A stretch of 63,782 nt of DNA, the filler included, from Octopus bimaculoides (Eukaryota), in NCBI RefSeq assembly GCF_001194135.2. It is 7 parts of 7 records of this genome, joined end to end, with 100 filler letters (N's around TTAATTAATTAA, not from the genome) between each part and the next. Parts side by side here need not be neighbours in the genome. Positions count along the whole stretch, not along the records: positions 12,660 to 19,715 come from NC_069007.1; positions 19,816 to 39,995 come from NC_069005.1; 5 more parts are not named here. One strand, written 5' to 3'. The notes below the pieces were generated by a model. It worked only from the letters and a program-made list of their open reading frames with translations. It ran no database searches and was not told where the DNA came from. Positions 13,250-26,600 of this stretch are shown here, one piece after another. The translations under genes were made by a program, and so were the position numbers. Positions within the stretch are counted from its first letter, which is position 1. Each line of letters begins with the position of its first letter.

Positions 13250-13334
13250 TAATCGTTGGTCTCCAAGTCAGATCCTGTGATGCTCTGCCGGACATAAATA
13301 GCCAAATAAAAATAGCAATTCTCAACGAGAACGG
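13250..13334 (+). CDS. ZP-domain protein exon (ZP-C, Cys5 region)
   Basis: Acceptor TTTAATCTTTTCAG, donor GG|GTAAGT, 85 nt, phase 1 to 2. Reads (x)IVGLQVRSCDALPDINSQIKIAILNENG, joining CP of the next exon to give the ZP motif ILNENGCP. Confidence 0.88.
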
Positions 13335-13479
13335 GTAAGTATTAACAAGTTTTGTTGTCGTCATTGAAGGGCAGGGATCGGTAGAGTGTCTGGCAGCGTT
13401 TAACTTTTATTTTGTCTTCCTAATACGTTCTGAAAGAGGGTAGGTGGCTGAATAGGTAAGGCAAAGGTAGGTAAATGTC

Positions 13480-13720
13480 ATCTTCTCGAATCATGCCGAC
13501 TCATAAGGGCCGGTTTCCCGGTTTCATGGTGTATGTATTCCCCACCCGGACGAGACGCCGGTCAGTCTCAGTTCTACTCGTTCTTACAAGCTGGGTGGAC
13601 TGGAGCAACGTGAAATGAAGTGTTTTGCTCAAGAACACAACACGTTGCCCGGTCCAGGAATAGAAACCACTATCCTAACCACTAAGCCGCGCACCCCCAC
13701 TGAATCGGTAAGGCATTATA
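13480..13720 (+). mobile_element. Interspersed repeat/SINE family C (ggagcaacgtgaaatgaagtgttttgctcaag core)
   Basis: The same core recurs at ~46670-46800 and ~47170-47290. Confidence 0.65.
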
Positions 13721-13733
13721 CTCTTTATTTCAG

Positions 13734-13902
13734 GTGTCCCACGGGTCAACGATTTGTGCCGCCGTTCCATGGCATCAACCAAGATGGAAGTGTTGCTATG
13801 ACCGACGTATTTGAAGCATTCAAATTTGCCGGACATTCTTCCATCTACTTCCGGTGCTCGGTCAAATTTTGTTATCGTCATTCGGAGAGTCGCTGTTCTG
13901 GT
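13734..13902 (+). CDS. ZP-domain protein exon (ZP-C core)
   Basis: Acceptor CTCTTTATTTCAG, donor GGT|GTAAGT, 169 nt, phase 2 to 0. Reads CPTGQRFVPPFHGINQDGSVAMTDVFEAFKFAGHSSIYFRCSVKFCYRHSESRCSG; the F-x-AFKF...IYF-x-C-x-V-x-x-C pattern is characteristic of ZP-C. Confidence 0.92.
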
Positions 13903-13953
13903 GTAAGTATTTCAGAAAAAAATGCTGCAGCAAATGTTTAACAGTCATGTTGA

Positions 13954-14017
<64 letters not shown>

Positions 14018-14499
14018 GCTGCCGATGCTGCCGATGCTGATCTGGCTAGCTACGGTTTCAATGTTCATGCTAATTTTGTATTTTTAACGTTGTTGTTGTT
14101 GTTACTGCTGCTGCTGCAGTTTCAATGACTGTGTTGTTCTTGTAGTCTTAATGTCTCTATTAGAACCAAGCTGCGAGCTGGCAGAATCGTTAGNNNNNNN
14201 NNNNNNNNNNNNNNNNNNNNNNNNNNNNNNNNNNNCCCCCGGGTAGAACGCTGTAGATCCTAAGTTCAAATTACGCGGGTGGTCAGTTTTGTTTTTTATT
14301 CTTTCCGGGTCGATAAAAATAAGTACCAGTAAAACATTGGGGTCGATGTAATCGACTTATCCCCTACTACAAAATTTCAGGCCTTGTGCCTATAATTGAA
14401 ATGATTATTACTAGTCTGAATCAAAGGTTTTTCGGATTTTCACTGATGATTTGGTGCACCTTATATCGCCGTGTTACTTACCCAATCATTGTCAAACAA

Positions 14500-14960
14500 G
14501 GGCGATTTGAATGAGGTCATGTAGTGTGTTTGGCGGATTTGGGGCTTGACCCAGACGGTCATGCTGTGAACGCTAACCTTTATGCTCAACAACTGCAACG
14601 AAGACATGATGCTTTGAAAGCCCGCTGCCCGACATTGGTCAATCAAAGACGCGCACTCCTACAGCATGGCAACGCCCCATCACACACTACCAATGTGACC
14701 AAGAACAAACTTGAAGAACTCGAGGTGCTGGAAGTGCTGTCTCACTCTGCCTATAGTCCAGGCCTTAGATCATTAGATTACTACCTTTTCCAAACCATGA
14801 CTCATTTCTTGCACGGAGGAAGGTTCAACAAAGTGGATGAGGTTGAAAACGGGTGCAGGCAGTTTTTGTGTCTAACCAACCAAATAATATAAGCGTTGAA
14901 TTGAGCTTCTGGCACAACGATGGCAACAGACAGTAGAATATTATGGGATATGTTTTTGAT
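14500..14960 (+). mobile_element. Mariner transposase fragment inside ZP intron
   Basis: VNANLYAQQLQR...LLQHGNAPSHT...LEVLSHSAYSPGLRSLDYYLF is a degenerate form of the mariner HDNA and YSPDLAP-DY motifs. Confidence 0.85.
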
Positions 14961-15417
14961 GAATAAATGTTTTTGTGCGTAATTCGTTTAAACTATTAAA
15001 GCTTGACATACGAAAAATCTTTTGACTTGACCTGACAATGCTGTAGCAGTTGTAATTCTTGAAGTTGTCAATATTGGTTAGGCTGTTGTTGTTATTGTTG
15101 TAGATACTATTAGAGCCTACTCTCAAGAAATATGGTAATGCTTGTAAATGTATCTCTATAGAATTTTGCATTGCTCTAGGCAAAGAATACGCAAATCATA
15201 TTTATTTGAAAATTTTCAACCATTATGAATAATTATGACCATGATGGAACAATATGGCGAAATAAGAGGAATGGGGGAAAGAAAGAGGAGAAGGGAGAGA
15301 AAAGGTTGAAGAAGAAGAAATATTTCTTCCTTCTTTCCTTTAAAGATTTTGCACTCTTCTTCTCGTTGTTCTTGTCTAACACTCTCCTCATTTCACTCTC
15401 CCTCTCTTTCTCTCTCT

Positions 15418-15477
<60 letters not shown>

Positions 15478-15805
15478 TACACACAATCACAAGATGGTTC
15501 TTTCTTTTTAGCTAAAAGAAGCCATCATTTATTCATTCTTTATTCAAATAACGACAAAGATGTTTCGACAAATACACCAATCTATTTTTCCCAATTTCTC
15601 CTTCTCATTTCTTTATGCAAGATTTCCAAGCAGCTGCTACAAAACTCCATTTCACAATATACTTCCAACAAATTACAACAAAATTATGAATGATTGATTC
15701 AGTTTTATTTTGTAACATTGTCAAAATATTAACTATTTTCTTCAAAATTTCACAATTAGATTTTTCCTGGATGATTTTAATGTACAATTTTATGTTTGTT
15801 TCCAG

Positions 15806-15910
15806 TCACATTGTACAGAAAGCGAGTTGAGCAGACGACGGCGAAGCAATAGCGGTAAACAAGCAGCTTACATTACTTTGACGACGATTCTGCAGGTCAA
15901 AACAGATTAA
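15806..15910 (+). CDS. Terminal exon of ZP protein: last Cys, furin site, external hydrophobic patch, stop
   Basis: Acceptor TTTGTTTCCAG, phase 0, 35 codons: SHCTESELSRRRRSNSGKQAAYITLTTILQVKTD*. RRRR consensus furin site; AATAAA follows the stop at 15915. Confidence 0.85.
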   Translation, partial: SHCTESELSRRRRSNSGKQAAYITLTTILQVKTD

Positions 15911-15914
15911 ATTG

Positions 15915-15920
15915 AATAAA
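15915..15920 (+). promoter_or_regulatory. Polyadenylation signal of ZP gene (candidate)
   Basis: AATAAA beginning 5 nt after the TAA stop. Confidence 0.5.
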
Positions 15921-16906
15921 AGTTATACTTCTATGATGTTTTCTAGTTTGGGGATTTCAAGCAAGCGTTTTACTTTCCATTCTTTTCTTTTCTTTTCCCA
16001 AAAACAAATTCAGAAAGACTTATTCATCATGTTCAAGAAGGCAACAGGCTTTTTCCATTAGCTATATGTAAATAGAAACACTCGTACACATGTATACATA
16101 TGTATACTTATAAATACGTGTATGTATATGAATACACACACGCACATATGAATCTACCTATGCATACATGAATCTACATATGTGGGGGGGGGAGGTATGT
16201 GTGTAGAATATATTTAAACGAGATGCTAGATAATTTTATATGAAATAACTTGCTTTTAGAGTAAGCAGTTGGAGACACACATACACATACATACTAAATA
16301 TATATCGTTGCTATTATGTTAAACTGTCGTATATCCAAATTTGTCCAAATGCGTTTCTTTTTCAATATTTATTTTTGCTTGCGATACCCGGTTCTTTTGG
16401 TCCAAGCTCTCGTATCTCCAGCAACTTAAAACGCTTAGACATCTCAAAACTGTCAAAGTGTAGTACAACGGTTTCGTTATGAAATCGTGAAACTATTTTT
16501 TAAAAATTTTTTGAAAAAGCAACGATGTGTGTGTGTATGTGTGTGTATACAGAAACACACATAGACGTTGGGGGCTAGATAGGTAGAAAGATTGATAGAT
16601 AGATAGATATATTTACATATATATTGATATCTGTAAGAATGCGTGTTTGTATGAATGTATGTATATATGTATTTGTGTTATTTCTTTACTACCCACAAGG
16701 GGCTACACACAGAGGGGACAAACAAGGACAGACAAACGGATTAAGTCGATTATATCTACCCCAGTGCGTAACTGGTACTTATTTAATCGACCCCGAAAGG
16801 ATGAAAGGCAAAGTCGACCTCAGCGGAATTTGAACTCAGAACGTAACATACAATTCAAGCCTCTTTCGCTTGTATTTACATAAATTCTTTACTGGCCAGT
16901 AAATTA

Positions 16907-17396
16907 CCGTAAATCCTCGAGTATAGTCCGCCCTTGAGTATGATATGCAGGGGATTTTTAGGGGGCTGTACCTCTGAAAAACCTAAACCTTGTGCATAAT
17001 ACGCATCCCTTCTCTAACTTGAGTCAAGGAGGTCTATATAACGTCCTTGGTTTGTGAACGTATATACGGTAACGTCCTTTATTATTATTGCATATATAAC
17101 ATAATGCAAACGTGTAGCTTTTTTGTGCACTTTGTTTGCAAAAAATAAAGAAATAACAGTAATAACGTCAGTGAAAAATAAATATTAAGTAAATTGCCTT
17201 TCACATATTTATCACTATCAGTTACAAGCCTGACATCACAAAATGCGTCTGAATAAACATTGCCGGACAGCAATTAGAGACTCGGACATTGCTTAGAAAA
17301 TATTTTTTCATTCTTAACCTCGTATATAGTACGCACTAGGGATTTTGACCTTTAAATTTTGGGGAAAAAGTGCGTATTATACTCGAGGATTTACGG
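16907..17396. mobile_element. Non-autonomous Tc1/mariner-superfamily element (MITE)
   Basis: TIRs CCGTAAATCCTCGAGTATA / TATACTCGAGGATTTACGG, each flanked by TA. Confidence 0.85.
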
Positions 17397-20356
17397 TATT
17401 TCCTTCAGAAAATACAATCAAATTTAAGCAGACGCACTTCGCCGAACTTGAACAAACCTAATGACACCAAATCAAGCAGAACAATGTCTTTCTTATCTTT
17501 CTCTGCCTATGCACCACCCTATATACGCATGCATTCTTTTTCTTTCTGCTCTCCTCTTCATCTGCTCTTTCTTATTCTATTACTTCTCTCTTCCCACACG
17601 TCATTATTTCTGGTCACTCGATTAAACTATGTATCAATGTTTCTTCAGGTGCTACAAAATATATTATTAAACTTCATCGACACTGCAGCAACTATTACCC
17701 ACCTAAGACGTGAATCAAAGCACATAAAATTCTTTGTAAACCAAAAAATGACTTTACAGTTGGACGTAGGCAATTGAGTCAAATGATCAGCAATCACTTG
17801 TCAGGCTTTACTTTGAAAAATTTCTAAAAATAAGCCATAAAAGATTTTCTGGCTAAACTCAAATGAGTACTCCACGATCCAGTTCTCAAATTATGTTCGA
17901 GTGCAAACAAATGCACCAGTAGGAATTTTTAAGTATCTGATGTTGAAAAACATCAGCATCTAGAGCGTATTCATTTTTTTTTTTAATGCGGCTATGATCC
18001 CCTAATTTTAATTTCACTTACACTGTTTTTTGTATATTGTTTATATTCTGAACTTAACTGTTTCTGTATCATTCTAAACTTTTCACAGACATCATGGCAC
18101 CAAAAAGACTTAGTTTTCTCTAATAATTGTTTAAACAACCATGAATCTTCACTTCTGGCCTCTACGATTCGTTCGTTATATACCTGAGGAGGAATTTCGT
18201 TATCGTTTACAAGTGTTTCTCCTCACCTGCTGCCATTGTTTAATATTGTTGTTTTTCAATGATTTTATTTCCTTTAGTGTTTTCATCTGTTGTTCTTTCT
18301 TCCTTGTTGGTTCTGTTGGAGGAGAGGTGAGTGTAATTGTTCATCTATTTGTGATATTAAGCCTACAGATACTTCCTTTGCTTTCCTCAGCGCTTTGGCT
18401 TTGATGTCTGGAAACTAGTGTTTGTTATTCTTTTTTGATACCGTCCTTTATTATTTTCGTTTTCATTGTTTTTGTTTAATATTCCCAGTTTTCCGGATAT
18501 CCGGTTCTAAATGTGCGCTTTATTCCGACAAATACAACTCGGCTTTCTTCCATCTTTCATCAGTCTGATACTCTTAGTCTCTGGTGTTTTCTACTGGATA
18601 TGGTTCTTGCATTGCTCTTGCAAGATTTTTCAGTATTCATTAAGACTTGCAAGAATATTTTCTTCAATTAATCCTTCACCAACTCTTTTCATTTTCATTT
18701 TCCCCTTGAACATTTAGTAGTATTTTCATTTCGCGTTGTTTTTTTAGCCATCGTACTGGTTTGTCCTGTGGCAGCCATTTTGAAAGCAGAGGTGTTGTGT
18801 ACGTAAGTACAGTTTTTAAAATTTGTCAAACAAACCTGTTTTTTAATGTTGCCTACCTCCACGAGTGGCGAAGGCAGCTCCTCCATAGATAATTATAATC
18901 GTTTTGACAAGTAGTTCTTAAACATTTGTTTGTTTGTTTTGTTTTGTCCTTCTTTCATTTTTTTTTTTAATACTTGAAACAAATCAAGTTTTGAAGGGGA
19001 AGTAAAAGAAAAAAGACATCTCCATACCTCGAGAGTCAATAACAACATTAACAACAGCATAAATGACAAGTAAACAACTAAATAAGTGACAATAAAAATA
19101 TAAAATATAATTTTATGTGAGAATATAGATTAAATGAGTTATTTCTTTATAAATCGTGTTTCTGTAATGTCTGTAGCAGCACTTAAATAGAAACTGGACT
19201 TAAAACTAAATTTAAGATAAGATTGCCATCTATATAACATTCTTAATGCATATGTGCAGTTGAAACGCCAGAAGTTACGGATTTTCATCGAGAAAAATCC
19301 CGTTATAGACGTATTGTGTTAAAAAAACACAATATATTTCAAAACTAGACGGAACGAAAGCACCTCGGAAGTGACCGTGTGATAGAAAACTACGTATTTC
19401 GTTGTGGTTGCGGCTTGTCAGTGTCACATGATTGGGACATATCCGAAACAAAAATAAATCAGCGATTCTGAGGTATAAATATGTAGCGCATAACCTACAC
19501 ACTGGTATACAAAAGGTGTTGCATGAGTAAATGACCGCTTATGAGGTTCCCATGAGTCATATGTATTAAGTATCGGCTTCGGGAAGATCTTTCTTCTGTT
19601 TCTTTTTTTTTTTTACTATACAGATAATTACATTGCAGAATTCAAATAACAAGTATTAATCACGTGTGCATCAGCGTCTCTTCTATTCGTCTTTTACCGG
19701 CTTCATACACACACANNNNNNNNNNNNNNNNNNNNNNNNNNNNNNNNNNNNNNNNNNNNTTAATTAATTAANNNNNNNNNNNNNNNNNNNNNNNNNNNNN
19801 NNNNNNNNNNNNNNNTATATATATATATATATATATATATGAATGAGTAGACAAATGAAAGAAAGGCACTCAACCAATTTATTGGGAGTTATATGTAAGG
19901 ATCAAAATAGTTAGATTCAAATTCGTTGGTACTCTTGAGTTTCAAGCATGATATTAGTCATCAGCCATTTTGAATTAGAATGATAGAAGCTGATTGTTAT
20001 TACCATAAGGTGAGCTGTGATTGGTCGAGGAAGGTGATGTGGTGTCATGGTTTGATGTTGGTATATGGGTAACAGTTAGTTGAAAAATACCACATGGTGA
20101 ATAGGAAATCAACAAGGAATAGAGCACATGGCGATTAGGAAATTGGTCAGGTTGTGGGGGTGAAATAGGAAGGGGTGGCACGTGTAAGTATATAGTTCTA
20201 TGAGTGGGTGTGTTGATGTGTTCATATGGTTTTGCATGCATGTGTGTATTGATGCGAGCGTATGTATCTGTACATGTGCATCTGTACATGGGCAAATTCA
20301 AAATGGCTGACAACTAGCATCACACTTGAAATTCAATTTGAATCAAACAGTTTTGA

Positions 20357-20399
<43 letters not shown>

Positions 20400-21141
20400 N
20401 NNNNNNNNNNNNNNNNNNNNNNNNNNNNNNNNNNNNNNNNNNNNNNNNNNNNNNNNNNNNNNNNNNNNNNNNNNNNNNNNNNNNNNNNNNNNNNNNNNNN
20501 NNNNNNNNNNNNNNNNNNNNNNNNNNNNNNNNNNNNNNNNNNNNNNNNNNNNNNNNNNNNNNNNNNNNNNNNNNNNNNNNNNNNNNNNNNNNNNNNNNNN
20601 NNNNNNNNNNNNNNNNNNNNNNNNNNNNNNNNNNNNNNNNNNNNNNNNNNNNNNNNNNNNNNNNNNNNNNNNNNNNNNNNNNNNNNNNNNNNNNNNNNNN
20701 NNNNNNNNNNNNNNNNNNNNNNNNNNNNNNNNNNNNNNNNNNNNNNNNNNNNNNNNNNNNNNNNNNNNNNNNNNNNNNNNNNNNNNNNNNNNNNNNNNNN
20801 NNNNNNNNNNNNNNNNNNNNNNNNNNNNNNNNNNNNNNNNNNNNNNNNNNNNNNNNNNNNNNNNNNNNNNNNNNNNNNNNNNNNNNNNNNNNNNNNNNNN
20901 NNNNNNNNNNNNNNNNNNNNNNNNNNNNNNNNNNNNNNNNNNNNNNNNNNNNNNNNNNNNNNNNNNNNNNNNNNNNNNNNNNNNNNNNNNNNNNNNNNNN
21001 NNNNNNNNNNNNNNNNNNNNNGGATTTATTCTTTGTAAGTCTAGTACTTATAGCATCAGTTTCTATTGCCAAACCGCTAAGTTACGGGGGCTGTAAACAC
21101 ACCAACATTGGTTGTCAAGCAATGGTGGGGGTGACAAACAT

Positions 21142-21177
<36 letters not shown>

Positions 21178-22439
21178 GACAAGCTTCTTTCAGTTTCCAT
21201 CTACCAAATCAACTTACAAGGCTTTGGTTGGCTCGAGACTATAGTAGAAGACACCTGCCCAAGATGCCACTCAATGAGACTAAACCCAGAGCCATGTAGT
21301 TGGGAAGCAAACTTCTAACCACTCACCCACTCCTGTGCCTACATGACACATTGGTGCACATGCAACCATAGAGGCACATGACACTTACACACCACAACCT
21401 CCACACACCTATGCCCACATATGTACCTTACAATTACTTTTAATCTGCAGACTTACAAGAGTTATACAAGGACCAAGAGGTTCATGCACAACACTTATGA
21501 AACCTATGTACCTTCATGTATAAACACACAACAAGGAAAAAGTATGTTCTGATGCAGAACTCAGCTGCTCTCTGGAGATCAATGGGATTAGAAGAATACA
21601 GGGGAAAGAAAACATCTGTGGATTATTGATAAGAAGTTTGCTAATCCAGCACCTAGCACACACTTTCAGTTTCAAACCTGTTATTATTGGAGCAACAGGG
21701 TACGTATCAACCAGTCTGGAGCAAAGTACAGCTTGTGGGGGGGGGGGGGNNNNNNNNNNNNNNNNNNNNNNNNNNNNNNNNNNNNNNNNNGGGGGGGGGG
21801 GGTGAATGCAACTCCTTTATCCATACACTACAAATGATCACAATATCTGGAACAATAAAAATCTTTAAGACCTGCTGAAGATTTAAAGGATGATGAATAA
21901 AACAAAGTGTTTTCCTTCACAATCTGGCTGCCAAGCTGGTGGCCAGGTCAAAAGTAGCTGCAAATTAAAAGCAGAAAATGAAAACATACATTCATTCATG
22001 CATACATGCATACATACATGCATACATGTATGCATATATACATACATACATGCATACATACATATATGCATACACACACACATACATACACGCCGCTACG
22101 TTCTGAGTTCAAATTCCGCCGAGGTCGACTTTGCCTTTCATCCTTTCGGGGTCAATTAAATAAGTACCAGTTATGCACTGGGGTCGGTATAATCAACTTA
22201 ATCCNNNNNNNNNNTAAGTACCAGTTATGCACTGGGGTCGGTATAATCAACTTAATCCGTTTGTCTGTCCTTGTTTGTCCCCTCTGTGTGTAGCCCCTTC
22301 TGGGTAGTAAAGAAATAACACATACATACACGCATACATGCATACATACACACATATACATACATCCACACATACATACATACATACAAGCATACATACA
22401 TACATACATACATACATACATACATACACTGACAAGTAC

Positions 22440-23440
22440 TAAAGCAACACTTATTGTTAAAGACAGAATTAAGCTATCAACAGGCATCTTCCAAGGTGAC
22501 AGTTTATCTGTAATGTTGTTTGTACAGGCCTGTTAACAAAATCTCAAGGCTACATGCTGGGATATGTAGAAAAGAATAAAATTAATATCACTCACACATT
22601 TTTTGTTGATGACCTAAATGTATATTCTGATAACATGAACAGTATCAAGAGACAATTAGAACTTGTCACAACATTCTCATGAGGTAGAGGAATGGAGTTT
22701 GGGCAAGATAAATCTTCATACATGATAGTCAACTGAGGACAGATTGTTGACCAGGCAGAGAACATGTACATCAATGGCTTGCCTATCTCCCCAATCTCTA
22801 ATGACAAAAACTATGTCTCAGAATCTATGAAATTGTTGCATACGTTGCTACTGTGAGTAAATTCAGAATAACAAAAGAGTATTTTTGTAAACTCAAGGAA
22901 ACATGGAACTCAGAGCTTTCTGCATTTAACAAGACCATATCTTGATATTTTTGCAGTGCCAGTGCTAGTACCAACATTTGGGATGTTGGACTGGACATCA
23001 AAACCAGAAAAGTACTGACCATCACAGGCAACTTCCACATCAACAAGCAACACCAATAGGATCTATGTAAGATGATGTGATGGTGGTAGAGCTATAAGGT
23101 TAGTTCAAACAGCCTTTGAACGATGCATTGTATCATTCAGACAACACCTGCTGAACAGTAAAGAAAGAAATGAGTACATTCCATGCATACTTAAAACTGA
23201 GAGCAACAATATCTTCAGAGTTAGAGAACTGTAGTGCAGGTACTCTGAGAACACAAGTGTCTCATGCAACCCAAAAAGAAGGTAGACTGGTCTACCTAAA
23301 CAGAAGCTTAGAGGAGAAGTAGACATCATACCAGTAAAAAGCAAAGCATGGGTACACATCCTGTAGAAGATAACAACAGCATTGACAGGAGGAATAACCT
23401 CTCCAGGGACTATGATAAAATTTATCCACCAAATGCAGAG
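22440..23440 (+). mobile_element. R4/NeSL-like LINE fragment (RT), with C-terminal zinc-knuckle piece at ~24110-24290
   Basis: GIFQGDSLSVMLFV...THTFFVDDL... and, further on, NKCRLCKSKT(E)DINHIIAKC...LPMRHNAV (CCHC), with frameshifts. An RLE-type end is also seen at ~21600-21730. Confidence 0.8.
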
Positions 23441-23473
23441 TTGAGCACTCATTTCTCAAGATTCAATGTGTGT

Positions 23474-23505
<32 letters not shown>

Positions 23506-24650
23506 ACACACCTATCCAAAGCATACGAGATAAGCTTTTCCTCATAGACATAAATATTAACTTTGTTGTAAAATCAATTTTAAATTTCATCTAATTATCT
23601 CCCCTTTATCTTTCAAAATGATCAGAAACTACCAGGAGTTCATTCCTTTCTTTCTCTGATTAAAACTCAAATTTCTATCTATTAAGAATTTTTGTGTAAG
23701 TATCAAATTCTGGACATCAACATCCATTTATATGCACAGGCATCACTCTATGGTAATAAGCTTGCTTCCTAACTGCATGGTTCCTGGTTCAGTCCTACAG
23801 CATGACACCTCAAGCAAGTGTCTTCTATAGCCTCAGGCTGATCAAAGCCTTATGAGTGGATTTGGTAGGTAGAAACTGGAAGAAGCCCTTCGTATATATA
23901 TGTGTGTGTGTGTGTGTGTTTCTTAGTGTCTGTGTTTGTCCCCATCACCCCTTGACAACTTGTGTTGGTTTGTTTCCACCCCCATAACTTAGCTAAAAAA
24001 AAATAAGTACTGGGGTCAATTCATTCAACTAAAATTTCTTGAAAGTGGTGCCCCAGCATGACCAGAGTCTAATGGCTAAAGTAACTAAAAGATCTATCTG
24101 GTTTACTTAAATTTATGCCAATGGTCTGCCGTGTAAGAGGCAGAAAACATTGATAGGCAATAAATGTAGACTGTGCAAAAGTAAAACAAGACATCAACCA
24201 CATTATTGCCAAATGCATGAGAATGTTTTGTAGATATTAGCTTCCCATGAGGCACAATGCAGTGAGCTAAAGAGTCTGGAAGAAAATAAGAAAATTTCAA
24301 TGGAGTTCACTTGGTATGTATGTAGTTAGCTTTCCTTAGCTCTTTTTTTATGTAATTATGGAAATTACACTGGTCAAAATTCTTCATAATCCATTTTTTC
24401 CAGGCTTTCTTTTTTTTTTATCCTACTTGTACAGTCTTTGTTTATTGAATAAAGCAAAAGCAAGCTCGCAAAGATTATACTTTGCAGATGATGGCCAATC
24501 ATACTGAATTATTCTTTCAACTTCTGAATTGAAAGTCAGGCTCACTCAATACAATAATAAACGTATTAAAAGTATCCAAGTTTCACTTAGCACTATAACA
24601 GCTTTTTACAAAAATGTTCTTTTCTTTTTTTTTTTTTTTCAGAATAAAAT

Positions 24651-26600
24651 ATGGCTACAGCAAAACAAGCTAGAATGAATTGTAGGCAATATAGTGTGGA
24701 CTATCTTAAGTATGGTCTTGTGCCATACCAAAAAACAAGAAGCAACCAACGTTCCAACTGGGTGAGAAAGTTTTTTTCAAACAAAACCATGAAACCTTCC
24801 AAAATGCCCTCTGAAAAAGCAGAGAAAACGTTGATATATTCCCAGTCACTTGAAGAAAACTTTCTGAAGTGAAAAATCATTGGAAATATGTTTGCTAGCA
24901 TTTCACAAGCTAGTGGTGGATTGTGTGCATCATACAGCACCTCATTGCTAATTGCTAGACCTGGCAAGCTTCATACAACAGGAGAGAAGTTTATTATGCC
25001 AGCAATAAGAGCAGTTTTGCACACAATTGTATGTAAGTCACCTGAAGAAATTATTAAAGCTATTCTTTTAAGTGATAATTCTGTTGAAAGAATAGTGGAT
25101 AAAATGCAAACATTGAAGACATGTTGTGCAGCATACTTAGAAGAACTGAATTTAGCCTACAGTTAGATGAGTCACCTCTACAAGGCAATAAAAGTTTTCT
25201 TCTTGCCTGTGTGTTCCTTTTGTCAAAGATTAGTGTTTGGTTCAAGGGTTACTATTTGCAAATGAACTAGAAACAGACACAAAAGGGGAATCGATATTTC
25301 ATGTTGTCAAGGTGTTTTTTCAAAGAGAAAGACATCCCACTTTCCAAAATTCTAGCATGTGCAACAGATGGGGATCATCGAAGGTAGGTTGTCATCATGG
25401 CTTCATTAGTTTAATGAAAAAAATTGTACCTGGTATATTGACACATGCACTATAATTCACAGGCATCAACTTGTTGCAAAAACCCCAAGTGGTAGACTTA
25501 ATAAATTATGAAGCGCTGTTATCACAGCTTTGAATAAAATCAAGGTGCATGCTCTCAGCCCTCGACTGCTCTACACACAGAATAATGAAGATTTTGAATG
25601 CTTGCTGCTGCACACAGAAATTCGAGGACTGTCAAAGGGAAACTGTCTGAAATGTTTCTATTCTCCTTTTAAAACTGTTATTGAATTCTTGCAAGACTCT
25701 AGTTCTGTTCTTTCTGATGAACTAAGAAATACCAAGCCTGACATTGCTTGCCTGGCAGATATTTCCACATAGTTCAATTAAGTAAATTTGAAACTGCAAG
25801 TGGATGAGGTTTACCTTATCAAGGTAAAAATCATCCTTCTCCCGATTTCAGTCAAAGTTACAGCTATTTAAATGTAACAGAAGCTGTCAGGAATTCTTCC
25901 AGTTTCCAAGCTGCTCTGAATTGAAGAAAGTAAAGAGCATACCAGAAGGTAGCCTTTGAATTAACTGTTCACATCTGGATGAAGTGTACAAAGAGATGTC
26001 TGAAAGATTTCAGGATGTTTTTTGTTTGACCCTTTAGTATTCACATTACTTTGTCAAATACAGTGCTTATCTATTCACATTGCTTTGAATTAAGCATGCA
26101 TAATCTCATAGCTTTGAGATTTTGATAATGTGTTTATTTATTTTTAAATGACATTGTAGGATAGGTGTGAGAGGCTGGATCTGGCCAGTTTGGATATAAA
26201 ACGAGCAAAATATTTAGGCCAGATATGACTGGTTTAAATGCTAAAGGGTTAAAGTACCAGACTGGGTGATCAATCCATTCTTAGATATTGGTCATGAGGA
26301 AACAGAAATAGTGGAGAGAAACTAGTTTCACTTCAAAATAACTTTGAGCTAAGGCCAAAGTTCCAAAAATCCTATCAGGATTTTTGGCTACAAAAAGACA
26401 TTTCTGATCGATACCCTGCAGGGTGGAACAAAGTTGAAATGTATTTCATTGCATTCCCAACACTTTATTTAGTAGAGCAAAGCTTCTGTGGAGTTGACAA
26501 GCTTCTTTCTAAGCAAAAAAAAAAACAGGCTCAAAATTATTGAACGCAGGGATCTAAGACAATTTCTTTGTAACTTTCACCCTGATATTGAGAAGCACTA
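24651..26600 (+). mobile_element. hAT (Buster/Charlie-like) transposase remnant; possible right TIR at 27720-27734
   Basis: RQYSVDYLKYG, ASYSTSLLIARPGKLHTTGEKFIMPAI, LLLHTEIRGLSKGNCL, YFIAFP...LVE motifs with many stops. GTTTGGGAAACACTG at 27720-27734 resembles a hAT TIR. Confidence 0.8.

Noticed and set aside
218-15910. A single fused LRR-Ly6-SEA-ZP gene created by flipping one piece
   Set aside because: The LRR gene's 3' end exits the left edge of the window while its missing 5' part must lie to the right, where the ZP pieces are; two genes is simpler. Long-read transcripts would settle it.
22160-22258. Exact ~45-nt direct repeat within a SINE
   Set aside because: The copies straddle a 10-N gap; an unmerged contig overlap artefact.
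24103-24300. Minus-strand exon-like ORF with a strong acceptor (DSLAHCIVPHG...)
   Set aside because: The plus strand encodes the CCHC zinc knuckle of the neighbouring R4/NeSL-like LINE; this is antisense LINE sequence.
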